Notes under the pieces: generated by a model
What the model saw: the letters and a program-made list of their open reading frames with translations, nothing else
What the model was told of the DNA's origin: nothing
The model's database searches: none
Part shown: piece by piece, positions 1-8,798 of the stretch
Position numbering within the stretch: position 1 is the first letter of the stretch
How the letters are laid out: each line of letters begins with the position of its first letter
Position numbers and translations under genes: made by a program
NCBI GenBank assembly: GCA_963742735.1
Contig: CAVUMN010000004.1
Span: forward strand, 64,001-128,000
Reading direction: 5' to 3'
Length of the DNA: 64,000 nucleotides
Origin: an uncultured Actinomycetes bacterium
GTDB taxonomy: Bacteria > Actinomycetota > UBA4738 > JBBDTT01

Positions 1-1494
1 GTCGCGCGTCACCGTCGTGTCGTTCGCGGCGTTGTCCGTCGCGGTGACCGTGAACGTCTGCGGGCCAACGGTTGAGGTATTGATCGCCTGGCCGTTCGGC
101 ACCGTCCCGGTGCACGACGCCAACCCCGAGCCACCGGCCTCGTCGGCGCACGAGTAGTTCGCGTTGACGGTCGAGCCCTGCACGTAGGAGGCGTTCTGGG
201 CGGGGTGGACGATCGTGACGGTCGGGTCCGTCGTGTCCGGCACCGGCGGGGCGGTGGCCGAGGTGAACAGCTGCGCGTTCCCCGCGGCCTCCGGGGCGGT
301 GACCTGTCCGTTCAGGACGATGAAGTCGCCGCGCCCGTCGTGGTTGTAGTCGATGCTCTCGCCGAAGTCCCCGATGCCCTTCTTGGCGTTCGTGGGCCCC
401 GGGACGGAGACGACGGTCCACGACGAGCCGTTGCCGTTGTTCTGCAGCAGGACGTCGGGGGCGTTGCCAGCCGAACCGGTGTCGCCGTCGACCACCAGGA
501 CGTCGATGTCGCCGTCGCCGTCGAAGTCACCGGTGGGAACCGACCGGCCCTCCTTCGTGTCGTAGCTCTTCACGACAGCCCCGAACTTGGTGGCGCCCTG
601 GAGGCGGATGCTGGCGAAGCCCGCGGTGACGTACGCGATGTCGGGCTTCCCGTCGTTGTTGAAGTCGGCGAACGACGCCGCGGCGAACCGCCCCCGCTTG
701 TCCGCGAGGCCGAGGACCTTGGCGATGTCGGTGAACTTGCGCGTTCCGGGCGAGGCCCCCGGGACGTTGCGATACACCCGCAGCCAGAGCTCGGAGCAGA
801 CCACCAGGTCTTCCCAGCCGTCGCTGTCGATGTCCACCCGCTCGGCGCAGAACGCCCGTTCCTCAAGCGTGATGCCGTACTCCGGGGCGTCGCGGAAGCC
901 CGTTCCGCCCTCGTTCTCGAAGAACCGGTTCGGGGACGGGAACTCGTCCTGGCGATCGTCGATATTGCCGACGAACAGGTCGGGATAGGCGTCGTCCCGC
1001 TTGATGTCGACGAACGTGACGAAGCGGCCCCGGCCGTAGGCGTCCACGGCGCCGTACGTATCCACCATGTCGGTGAAGTGGCCGTCGGCCCCCTGGATCC
1101 ACACCTCGTTCTCCTTCACCGCGGTGCCGTAGCCCGCACCGATGCTGCAGTAGATGTCCAGACGAGTGTCGGCGTTGATGAGGCCCCAGTCGCAGTCGTG
1201 GCGGTCCCGGTCCGGCCGCTCGGGTCGGCCCGGCAGCACCTGCCACAGCGAAAAGGTGCCGTCCTGGTCGTTCACGTAGATGTCGCCGTGGTAGCCGTGA
1301 CGGACGATCAGCACGTCGTCCCAGCCGTCGTTGTTGAAGTCCCCGACGTTCGCGCTCCACGTCTTCGACGGCTGCGAGATCCCGGCAGAGATGGCCGCGT
1401 CGTTCACCGTGACCACCGCCGTGCCGGACCCGGCCGGCGCGAGGGCCAGCGCGATGATCGCGACCGCGACGGGCGCGGCGAGCCGCCGGAGCAT
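1..1494 (-). CDS. Secreted FG-GAP/VCBS-repeat beta-propeller protein with C-terminal Ig-like domain (3' end outside window)
   Basis: Translated manually (absent from the ORF track because there is no stop in the window). Signal peptide MLRRLAAPVAVAIIALALAPAG, then Ca-binding loops GDFNNDGWDD, DIDSDGWED, ADFNNDGKPD, GDFDGDGDID, DYNHDGRGD, then DTTDPTVTI..YSCADEAGGSGLASCTG. Alternative in-frame ATG at 1512. Confidence 0.85.
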   Translation of the reverse strand, partial: MLRRLAAPVAVAIIALALAPAGSGTAVVTVNDAAISAGISQPSKTWSANVGDFNNDGWDDVLIVRHGYHGDIYVNDQDGTFSLWQVLPGRPERPDRDRHDCDWGLINADTRLDIYCSIGAGYGTAVKENEVWIQGADGHFTDMVDTYGAVDAYGRGRFVTFVDIKRDDAYPDLFVGNIDDRQDEFPSPNRFFENEGGTGFRDAPEYGITLEERAFCAERVDIDSDGWEDLVVCSELWLRVYRNVPGASPGTRKFTDIAKVLGLADKRGRFAAASFADFNNDGKPDIAYVTAGFASIRLQGATKFGAVVKSYDTKEGRSVPTGDFDGDGDIDVLVVDGDTGSAGNAPDVLLQNNGNGSSWTVVSVPGPTNAKKGIGDFGESIDYNHDGRGDFIVLNGQVTAPEAAGNAQLFTSATAPPVPDTTDPTVTIVHPAQNASYVQGSTVNANYSCADEAGGSGLASCTGTVPNGQAINTSTVGPQTFTVTATDNAANDTTVTRD

Positions 1495-1626
1495 GTGTCG
1501 AGTTGTCCCCATGGGGCGTTTTTCTACTTTCAGGTGAGAAATGCCAGTGGAACACTCAGGCGCGGGAGATGTCAATACTCCGGGCTCGGACGCCGATCGG
1601 CTCCCGAGACTACTCCGTGGCACCGG

Positions 1627-1737
1627 CTTGACCACAGAGAATCGGAGGTGGGTGACTCCCGGCGCCTCGATCAGCCGAGTCAGCTCGGGCACGACCTGAC
1701 CGGTCTCGAACGGCTCGAACAGCCGGACGCCTCGGCC
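1627..1737 (-). pseudogene. C-terminal remnant of a dihydrofolate reductase/RibD-C family gene
   Basis: Reads GRGVRLFEPFETGQVVPELTRLIEAPGVTHLRFSVVK, resembling the GxGxRLF...GVTHLRF terminus of that family. No N-terminal part is present. Confidence 0.6.
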
Positions 1738-1741
1738 GACG

Positions 1742-2098
1742 TCATCGCCTCGTCTCGGCGATCCGGGCCTTGATGAGCTTCTTCACCAGGGCGGCGGGAA
1801 GCGAGCCGCCGACTGGGAACCGGATGGTCCCCTTGCTCAGCGAGTAGCCCTCGAGCTCGGCCGCGAACGGGGCCAGGGCGGTCCCGCTCATCACGAAGAA
1901 GGAGCAGTGCTTCGCGGCGGCGCCGAACCCGACGAGCGGCGTCGTGCCGAGCTTGTAGGTCGGGATCCGGTAGCTGATCGTCTCCACGGCCTCGGGCACC
2001 GCGGCCCGGATCGTCCTCCGAAGCTTCTCCAGGCTCCCCCGCTGGTCGGTCGGCAGCCCCGCCAGATACTCGTCGACGTCTCGCGCAGGACCGTTCAT
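1742..2098 (-). CDS. DUF1801 (YdhG-like) protein
   Basis: VDEYLAGLP..LRRTIRAAVPEAVETISYRIPTY..KGTIRFP..LVKKLIKARIAE. Confidence 0.85.
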   Translation of the reverse strand: MNGPARDVDEYLAGLPTDQRGSLEKLRRTIRAAVPEAVETISYRIPTYKLGTTPLVGFGAAAKHCSFFVMSGTALAPFAAELEGYSLSKGTIRFPVGGSLPAALVKKLIKARIAETRR

Positions 2099-2177
2099 CG
2101 AGTCGTCGAGCGTACGACTCCATCCACACGAGGCCGACAGCCGGTTTCGCACGGCGCCGACCGGGAAGGTGGCATGT

Positions 2178-2870
2178 ATGACCAAGCTCGCGATGGAGCG
2201 GTCGGTCCGCATCCCCGTCGCCGATCGAGTGACGGTCGAGGGCGACCTCGCCGTACCCGAAGGCGCCACGGGGCTGGTGGTGTTCGCCCACGGAAGCGGC
2301 AGCAGCCGGCACAGCCCGCGCAACCGCGCGGTCGCCGCGGGCCTTCGCGACCGCGGCCTGGGGACGCTGCTCGTCGACCTGCTCACGCCGGAGGAGGAAG
2401 CCGCCGACGACCGGACGGGGCGCCTCCGCTTCGACATCGACCTGCTCGCCGGACGGCTGGAGGCGGCCGCGGCCTGGCTCGCCACACGGGACGAAGCTCG
2501 CGGGCTCGGCCTCGGGTACTTCGGGGCCAGCACCGGCGCGGCGGCCGCTCTGGTCGCGGCGAGCCGGCATCCCGAGGGCGTCCGGGCCATCGTCTCTCGT
2601 GGCGGGCGACCCGACCTGGCCGGCGACCGGCTCGAGCATGTCCGCGCGCCGACGCTGCTGATCGTCGGCGGGCGCGACGAGATCGTCATCGAGCTGAACC
2701 GCGAGGCCCACCGGCGCCTGCGCGTCGAGCGCCGGCTGGAGATCGTGCCCGGTGCGACCCACCTGTTCGAGGAGCCGGGCGCGATCGAGGCGGTCGCCCG
2801 GCTGGCCGGCGACTGGTTCGAGCATCACCTCGCGGCTCCGGACCGCGCGAGCGAGGGCGCCCGGCTCTGA
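2178..2870 (+). CDS. Dienelactone hydrolase-like alpha/beta hydrolase
   Basis: FAHGSGSSRHSPRN, GYFGASTGAA, VSRGGRPDLA, VPGATHLFEEPG. Confidence 0.85.
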   Translation: MTKLAMERSVRIPVADRVTVEGDLAVPEGATGLVVFAHGSGSSRHSPRNRAVAAGLRDRGLGTLLVDLLTPEEEAADDRTGRLRFDIDLLAGRLEAAAAWLATRDEARGLGLGYFGASTGAAAALVAASRHPEGVRAIVSRGGRPDLAGDRLEHVRAPTLLIVGGRDEIVIELNREAHRRLRVERRLEIVPGATHLFEEPGAIEAVARLAGDWFEHHLAAPDRASEGARL

Positions 2871-2888
2871 GAAAGAGAGGAGAGGACG

Positions 2889-3095
2889 ATGTGCTACACG
2901 TGCGGATGCAAGCTCCCTTATGAGGACCACGGCGACCCGGCGAACATCGTCGAGGACCACCTGACGAAGGCCGGCCAGACCGAGACGATCGGCAAGGCCG
3001 GGGTCAAGGCGGCGAAGGACAACCTGATGGAGCTGCTGGAGCTTCAGCGGGCAGCCGGCGACATGGAGAACCCCAAGCAGGACTACAACAGCTGA
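2889..3095 (+). CDS. Small protein with N-terminal CxxCGC..H motif
   Basis: Strong RBS (GAGAGGAGAGG) before ATG; MCYTCGCKLPYEDHGD; typical codon usage. Confidence 0.8.
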   Translation: MCYTCGCKLPYEDHGDPANIVEDHLTKAGQTETIGKAGVKAAKDNLMELLELQRAAGDMENPKQDYNS

Positions 3096-3104
3096 CCGAG
3101 TCGG

Positions 3105-3713
3105 CTAGAGCCGTTCCTCGCTGCCCTCCTCGAGGGCCTCGGCGGCGAACAACGACTCGATCCGGCGGTCGGGTATCAGCCACATCAGGGCGACGAACAC
3201 GTAGAGGCCGACGGCGATCCATCGGTTCAGGAAGGCCATCGCGATGCCCGCGACGTAGAGCGCCGGCGAGAGCTTCCCCTTCAGGTCGCGGCCGAGGGCG
3301 GCGCGCAGGGGCGAGCCGGGCTCGTGCTCCGCGAGGATGACCGACTGGAGGATGTAGTACGCGATTGCCGACATCAGCATCACGACCCCGTACGTCGCGG
3401 TCGGCTCGGGGGCGAAGTCGCTCTCGCCCATCCATGCCGTCACGAACGGCGTGAGCGAGAGCCAGAACAGCAGGTGCAGGTTCGCCCACAGGACCCCGCC
3501 GTGCACGCGCTTCGTCGTCGCGATCAGGTGGTGGTGGTTGCTCCAGTAGATCCCCAGGAACACGAAGCTCAGCAGGTACACCAGGAACTTGGGAACGAGC
3601 GGCGTGAGCGCCTCCCAGCTCGCCTCGTGGGGGATGCTCAGCTCGAGCACCATGATCGTCATGATGATGGCGATCACGGCATCGCTGAACGCCTCGAGGC
3701 GCGCCCGGGTCAC
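3105..3713 (-). CDS. TMEM175 family potassium channel
   Basis: Signature RLEAFSDAVIAIIMTIMVLEL; about 6 TM segments. Confidence 0.92.
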   Translation of the reverse strand: MTRARLEAFSDAVIAIIMTIMVLELSIPHEASWEALTPLVPKFLVYLLSFVFLGIYWSNHHHLIATTKRVHGGVLWANLHLLFWLSLTPFVTAWMGESDFAPEPTATYGVVMLMSAIAYYILQSVILAEHEPGSPLRAALGRDLKGKLSPALYVAGIAMAFLNRWIAVGLYVFVALMWLIPDRRIESLFAAEALEEGSEERL

Positions 3714-3738
3714 GCCCCCATCATTCCACCCCGGCGTC

Positions 3739-4221
3739 CTACCGGAGCGTCGCCAGGTACTCCTCGAGGCGGTCCCACGTCTCGGCGGCGCCCTCCTGCA
3801 TCCCGGACTCGAGGACCGCGTCGCGGACCTCGATCGAGCCGAGGTACGCCGTCGCGGTGAGCGTCGTCACCCCGTCGTGCTCCTCGAACGTGACCGTCTC
3901 CGGGCCGGGCTCGCTGCGGAACCCATCCGGCTGCTCGAACCCGAAGGTCCACGAGATCTCGTTCGGCCGGTCGATCTTGGTGTACTCGCCGAAGAAGACG
4001 ATCCGCTGGCCGTCGCCCTCGTGGACGATCCGCCACGCCCCGCCCTCGCGGAAGTCGATCGAGCACTCGTAGGTCTCGTACTTGCGGGGCCCCCACCAGT
4101 TCTTCATGTGCTCGCACGAGGTGTGCGCCTCGAAGACCAGCTCCTTCGGTGCCTTGAAGGACCGCGTCATCACGATCTCGGTGTCCGATGGCGTGGCCAC
4201 GGTCATCTCGTCAATCCCCAT
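3739..4221 (-). CDS. SRPBCC/AHSA1-like (CalC) domain protein
   Basis: EIVMTRSFKAPKELVFEAHT..WWGP..GMQEGAAETWDRLEEYL; overlaps the upstream ArsR gene. Confidence 0.9.
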   Translation of the reverse strand: MGIDEMTVATPSDTEIVMTRSFKAPKELVFEAHTSCEHMKNWWGPRKYETYECSIDFREGGAWRIVHEGDGQRIVFFGEYTKIDRPNEISWTFGFEQPDGFRSEPGPETVTFEEHDGVTTLTATAYLGSIEVRDAVLESGMQEGAAETWDRLEEYLATLR

Positions 4222-4567
4222 CTGCCCGCTCCTTTCCTCGGCCCTGGAGCTCCTCCAGGTACTCGCCCAGTCGCTCGTACCGCTCGTCCCAGAACCGCCG
4301 GTAGCGCTCGGCCCACTCGGCGACGTCCTTGAGCGGCCCGGCCTCGAGCCGCGCGGGCCGCCACTGCCGCTCCCGGCCTCGCGCGATGAGCCCGGCGCGC
4401 TCCAGCACCTTCAGGTGCTTCGAGACGGCCGGCTGACTGATCGCGAACGGCTCCGCCAGCTCCGTCACGGAGGCCTCCCCCGCCGCCAGACGGGCCAGGA
4501 TCGCCCGCCGGGTGGGATCGGCCAGCGCCGCAAACGTCCGGTCCAGCTGCTCGGTCTCCGTCGCCAT
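4211..4567 (-). CDS. ArsR/SmtB family transcriptional regulator
   Basis: FAALADPTRRAILARL..SQPAVSKHLKVLERAGLI. Confidence 0.92.
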   Translation of the reverse strand: MATETEQLDRTFAALADPTRRAILARLAAGEASVTELAEPFAISQPAVSKHLKVLERAGLIARGRERQWRPARLEAGPLKDVAEWAERYRRFWDERYERLGEYLEELQGRGKERADGD

Positions 4568-4575
4568 CAAACCCT

Positions 4576-4625
4576 CCGGTTATATAACTGGACGGTAATC
4601 TACGGCCCGCCCGCGCCGCTGTCAA
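4576..4625 (-). promoter_or_regulatory. Sigma70-type promoter and palindromic operator of the arsR-SRPBCC operon
   Basis: Minus strand TTGACA(4625-4620)-17 nt-TAGATT(4602-4597). Perfect palindrome GTTATATAAC at 4579-4588 lies between the promoter and the start codon. Confidence 0.75.
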
Positions 4626-4782
4626 GCGGGGAAGCGCCGTTTCCATGCCCTCCGGGCACATCGGGCGATGACATACTCGCGACCGGCGAGCCCATCGCCT
4701 TCGATGAGGTGTGATGCAGGCCAAGACGGGTTCCGAAACGACGTCCGACGCCACGATCCTCACGTTCCTTCGTGATGAGGGC

Positions 4783-4971
4783 ATCGGCGGAATCGCCGTG
4801 CACATCGCCCAGCGGGTGATGTCGGCGGCGGACCCGGGCCGGATCCTGGTGTCGCGGACCGTGAAGGACCTCGTGGTCGGCTCGGGCATCGAGTTCGAGG
4901 ACCGGGGCGCCCACCAGCTGAAGGGCGTGCCCGGCGAGTGGGCCCTCTACGAGGTGACCGGAACCCCCTGA
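4783..4971 (+). pseudogene. C-terminal fragment of a class III adenylate cyclase (paralogous copy of 7681-7869)
   Basis: 62-codon segment IGGIAVHIAQRVM..KGVPGEWALYEV, 55/62 aa identical to the end of the 6520-7869 gene. The catalytic Asp-containing N-half is absent. Confidence 0.75.
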
Positions 4972-4973
4972 CG

Positions 4974-6509
4974 ATGCGTCTGGTGCTCTGGCACGGGTGG
5001 CTGCTCGAGGGGTCGGGGTCCAACGTGTACACGGCGCGGCTCGCGGAGGCCCTGCGGGCCGCCGGTCACCACGTGCTCATGCTGTGCCAGGCGGCGGCGA
5101 GCGCCTTGCCGTTCGTGGATGGGGTGGGAACCGTCTCCGCCGACGGGGTCTCTGTCATCGAGCCGACCGGCGCCGCCCCGGCGGCAGGCCGGCTGACCGT
5201 GCTCCGGCCGCTGATGGGTTCGCTCCTGCCGGTCTTCGTCCTCGATGAATACGAGGGTTTCGAGGTGAAGCGGTTCGTCGACCTCACCGACGACGAGCTC
5301 GCCGGCTACCTGCGGCGAAACGCCGACGCCCTCCGCGTGGCCGTCGAATGGCACGGCTCGGACATCGTGGTCGCCGGTCACGCCGTTCCCGGACCCTCGG
5401 TCGCCCTCCTGGCGCTCGGGCCCGGGCGGTACGTTGCGAAGGTGCACGGGAGCGACCTCGAGTACGCCGTGCGGAAGCAGCCGCGGCTGCGCGAGCTCGC
5501 CCGCGAGGGCCTGGAGGGGGCCGTCGCCGTGACGGGCCCAACGGAAGACGCCCTGCGCCGTACCGTCGAGCTCTTCCCGGCGGTGCGCGACCGGGTGGTC
5601 GTGATCTCGCCGGGCGTGGATCCCGAGAGGTTCCGGCCGGTCCCCCGCGCCGAGGGCCTCCTCACCGCCGTCGAACGGCTGGATGCCGACCCGCGGACCG
5701 TCCACGGGCGCCCCTCGGCGCTGGACCGGGACGTGGCGCGGGCCGTGGAGACACGCGACGCGGCGGAGCTCGATCGGATCGCGGAAGGGTACGACCACGA
5801 CGCTCCGGACCCGGACGCCGCCGACCGGCTGCGGGCGCTCGCCCCCCGGGCCGAGCCCCTCGTCGGGTACCTCGGCAAGCTCATCCCGCAGAAGGGGGTC
5901 GAGCTCTTCCTTCAGTCCCTGGCCGGCCTGGGCGGACCCGGGGCGCACGGGCTCGTCATCGGCTTCGGCTCGTTCCGCGAATGGCTCGTCGCGTTGACGG
6001 ACGCGCTGGACCGGGGCGACGCCGAGGCGGTTGACTGGCTTCGGGAGGTGTCGCCGATGCAGCTCGAGCTCTCCCCCGAGGCGGTGCGCGCCGCGGCGGG
6101 GTTCGCGTCTCGCGTCACGTTCACCGGCCGGCTCGACCACTCGGTCGCGCCCGAGGTGCTGGCCGCCCTCGAGGTGCTGGTCGTGCCGTCCACGCTTCCG
6201 GAGGCGTTCGGGATGGTGGCCGCCGAGGGCGCGGCGGCGGGAGCGCTGCCCATCGTGGCCCGCCACAGCGGCCTGGCCGAGGTGGCGGCCGCCCTGGAGA
6301 CTGCGGTGGAGCGCCCCGGGTGGTTCTCCTACGAGCCGGGGCCGGGCGCCGTGGGGAGGCTCACGACGGGGATCGAGCGGCTGCTCACGATCCCGAACGC
6401 CGAGCGCGAGGAGCTCAAGCAGGCCGTGAGCGACTTTGCGCGCGCACGGTGGACGTGGGACGGAGCGGCCCGAGCCATCCTGGAGGCGGCTTCGCGACCC
6501 CACCCGTAA
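4974..6509 (+). CDS. Glycosyltransferase family 4
   Basis: GSGSNVY, GKLIPQKG, EAFGMVAAEGAAAG (ExFGxxxxE motif). Confidence 0.9.
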   Translation: MRLVLWHGWLLEGSGSNVYTARLAEALRAAGHHVLMLCQAAASALPFVDGVGTVSADGVSVIEPTGAAPAAGRLTVLRPLMGSLLPVFVLDEYEGFEVKRFVDLTDDELAGYLRRNADALRVAVEWHGSDIVVAGHAVPGPSVALLALGPGRYVAKVHGSDLEYAVRKQPRLRELAREGLEGAVAVTGPTEDALRRTVELFPAVRDRVVVISPGVDPERFRPVPRAEGLLTAVERLDADPRTVHGRPSALDRDVARAVETRDAAELDRIAEGYDHDAPDPDAADRLRALAPRAEPLVGYLGKLIPQKGVELFLQSLAGLGGPGAHGLVIGFGSFREWLVALTDALDRGDAEAVDWLREVSPMQLELSPEAVRAAAGFASRVTFTGRLDHSVAPEVLAALEVLVVPSTLPEAFGMVAAEGAAAGALPIVARHSGLAEVAAALETAVERPGWFSYEPGPGAVGRLTTGIERLLTIPNAEREELKQAVSDFARARWTWDGAARAILEAASRPHP

Positions 6510-6519
6510 GGTCCTCGCC

Positions 6520-7869
6520 GTGAGGAAGCAACCGGAGACGACGTACGCGAAGACCGACCAGGGGTACGTCGCCTATCAGGTCTTCGGCGACGGACCGCTC
6601 GACATCGTCCTCATCCCGAGCTGGGCGACGAACGTCGACGTGATGTGGGAGGAGCCGTCGCTCGCACGGTATCTCGACCGGCTCGCCTCGTTCGGCCGCG
6701 TGATCTGCTTCGACAAGCGTGGAAGCGGGGTCTCCGATCCCGTCCCCCTGTCTTCGCTCCCCACGCTGGAGCACTGGCTGGACGACCTTCGTGTCGTCAT
6801 GGACGCGGTGGGCTCGGACCGGGCCGCCCTGATCGGCGATACCGAGGGCGGGCCAATGGCCATGCTGTTCGCCGCGACGTTTCCGGAGCGAGTGACCGGC
6901 CTGGCGCTGATCAACACGTTCGCTCGAATCCTGCGCGATGACGACTATCCGATCGGCTTCCCCGATGAGCCCATTCCCAGGATGCGGGAGTGGTACGAGA
7001 GCACCTGGGGGAGTCCGCAGTTCCTGGATGACCTCATCCCCGGCGCCGCCACGGATGACCGGTTCCGCTCGTGGTACGCGCGCTACTTGCGGCTGGCCAT
7101 GGGGCGCGCCCAGTCCACCGCGCAGTACTGGGACGCGGTGACGCGCTTCGACGTCCGAGCCGTCCTGGCGAGCATCCGCGTCCCCACGCTCGTCCTGACC
7201 CGGGCCGAGGCGAGATGGCATCGGGCCTCCTACGGCCGATACCTCGCCGAGCACATCTCGGGCGCGAAGTACGTGGAGCTTCCGGGAGCGGTCACGGTCC
7301 CGTTCCACGGGGGAGACTTCGACCCGATCCTCGACGAGGTCGAGGAGTTCCTCACCGGGACCCGGGCGGCCCCCGTGAGCGACCGCGTGCTGGCCACGGT
7401 GATGTTCACGGACATCGTCGGCTCGACCGAGCGGGCGGCCGACGCAGGCGACGACCGCTGGCTCGCGCTGCGCGACCGGCACGACGCTCTGGTCCGAGGG
7501 TCGCTCCAACGGTACCGAGGACAGGAGGTGAAGACGATGGGCGACGGGTTCCTGGCAACGTTCGACGGGCCCGGCCGCGCGGTGACGTGCGCGGCGGAGA
7601 TCGCCGAGGGCGTGCACGGCCTGGGCATCGACGTTCGCGTGGGGTTGCACACCGGCGAGGTCGAGCTGCGAGGCGCGGACATCGGCGGGATCGGCGTCCA
7701 CATCGCCCAGCGGGTGATGGCGGCGGCCGACCCGGGCCGGATCCTCGTGTCGCGGACGGTCAAGGACCTGGTGGTCGGGTCCGGGATCGAGTTCGAGGAC
7801 CGCGGCTCCCGCGAGCTCAAAGGCGTCCCCGGCGAATGGGCCCTTTACGAGGTGACCCAGGTCCCCTAG
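6520..7869 (+). CDS. Alpha/beta hydrolase-class III adenylate cyclase fusion (LipJ/Rv1900c-like)
   Basis: N-terminal AYQVFGDGP..FDKRGSGVSD; C-terminal VMFTDIVGST, KTMGDGFLATFDGP, GLHTGEVE. Confidence 0.9.
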   Translation: MRKQPETTYAKTDQGYVAYQVFGDGPLDIVLIPSWATNVDVMWEEPSLARYLDRLASFGRVICFDKRGSGVSDPVPLSSLPTLEHWLDDLRVVMDAVGSDRAALIGDTEGGPMAMLFAATFPERVTGLALINTFARILRDDDYPIGFPDEPIPRMREWYESTWGSPQFLDDLIPGAATDDRFRSWYARYLRLAMGRAQSTAQYWDAVTRFDVRAVLASIRVPTLVLTRAEARWHRASYGRYLAEHISGAKYVELPGAVTVPFHGGDFDPILDEVEEFLTGTRAAPVSDRVLATVMFTDIVGSTERAADAGDDRWLALRDRHDALVRGSLQRYRGQEVKTMGDGFLATFDGPGRAVTCAAEIAEGVHGLGIDVRVGLHTGEVELRGADIGGIGVHIAQRVMAAADPGRILVSRTVKDLVVGSGIEFEDRGSRELKGVPGEWALYEVTQVP

Positions 7870-8762
7870 GTCAGGGCCGGGAGCGGAGGGCTGAACTCGA
7901 GCGCGACGGACGGCTCGTTGCCGGGGATCTCGTCCTCGGGCCACGTGGCGGTCGCGGTGTAGGCAACGCCGTCGAGCACCAGGTCGACCTCGTAGGTGAA
8001 CGGGCCCGGACCCAGGTCCGCCGCGGCCAGTCCGCGCTCGTCGGGGCCGTCCCAGTAGACGGTGCCGACGGGCCAGCACGACTCCTTCGCCCGGGTGGCG
8101 TCGAAGGTGACCGCTCCGCCGCCCGCCTCTCGCACCGTGATCGTTGCCGAGGCTTCGCCGGGCGTGGCCGCCAAGTTGGTCAGCATCAGCTCGACGCCGT
8201 AGCTGTCGACCCCGCCGTCGTGATCGGCGAGGACCGCGAGGCGGGCGTCGGGCTCGGCCAGCGGCCCGTCCGCCGGGGTGGTCCAGCGGAAGCTCACGGC
8301 CAGGTCGCCAACACCCTGGCCGGTCAAGGTCACGTCGTACGTGTCGGCGAACCCGGCCGGACGCAGGAGGAAGGTTCCGTCCGCGCGCGGCTCGAGGTCC
8401 ACCGCCTGCTCGCGTCCGCACCGCTTTCCGGCCGGCGTGAACGTCGCCCCGAAGGTCCACCCCTCGAGCGAAAACTCCACGATCACCTCGGAGGGGTCGC
8501 CGACGTCCGGAAGGGGCTCGCGCGGCGCGCCGTCGACGCACGCGTTGAGGTAGCAGTAGCTCCATGCTTCCAGCTCGAACGAGCCGCCCGCGTACCGAAC
8601 CGTGACCGCCGGTGGGGACTCGTACTCGGACCCGAGCTCACGCTCCTCCCCGGCGGGCGAGGGCCCCGTGCTCGGTCCCGCTCGAAGCGAGTCATCGAGC
8701 CGGGCGCACGCGCCGAGCAGCAGGAGCGCGGCCACGACCGCGACCCATCGCAGCATCCTCAT
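7866..8762 (-). CDS. Hypothetical lipoprotein
   Basis: Signal peptide with lipobox LLGAC; several Cys pairs. Confidence 0.7.
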   Translation of the reverse strand: MRMLRWVAVVAALLLLGACARLDDSLRAGPSTGPSPAGEERELGSEYESPPAVTVRYAGGSFELEAWSYCYLNACVDGAPREPLPDVGDPSEVIVEFSLEGWTFGATFTPAGKRCGREQAVDLEPRADGTFLLRPAGFADTYDVTLTGQGVGDLAVSFRWTTPADGPLAEPDARLAVLADHDGGVDSYGVELMLTNLAATPGEASATITVREAGGGAVTFDATRAKESCWPVGTVYWDGPDERGLAAADLGPGPFTYEVDLVLDGVAYTATATWPEDEIPGNEPSVALEFSPPLPALT

Positions 8763-8770
8763 GGCCCTTC

Positions 8771-8796
8771 GACGTTCCGGCGACCCGGTGCGTTCC
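8771..8796 (-). promoter_or_regulatory. Candidate ECF sigma promoter of the lipoprotein gene
   Basis: Minus strand GGAAC-17 nt-CGTC just upstream of the ATG at 8762. Confidence 0.4.
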
Positions 8797-8798
8797 CG

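Noticed and set aside
1626-1648. GCTTGACCACAGAGAATCGGAGG resembles the motif after the DUF2292 gene
   Set aside because: Needs three gaps to align and is explained as the antisense of the DHFR-like remnant.
205-1773. Long + strand ORF (522 aa) and the many other long Arg/Pro/Gly-rich ORFs (e.g. 38265-42497, 24219-27401, 50660-53767)
   Set aside because: Shadow ORFs of GC-rich genes; they lack motifs and overlap well-supported genes.
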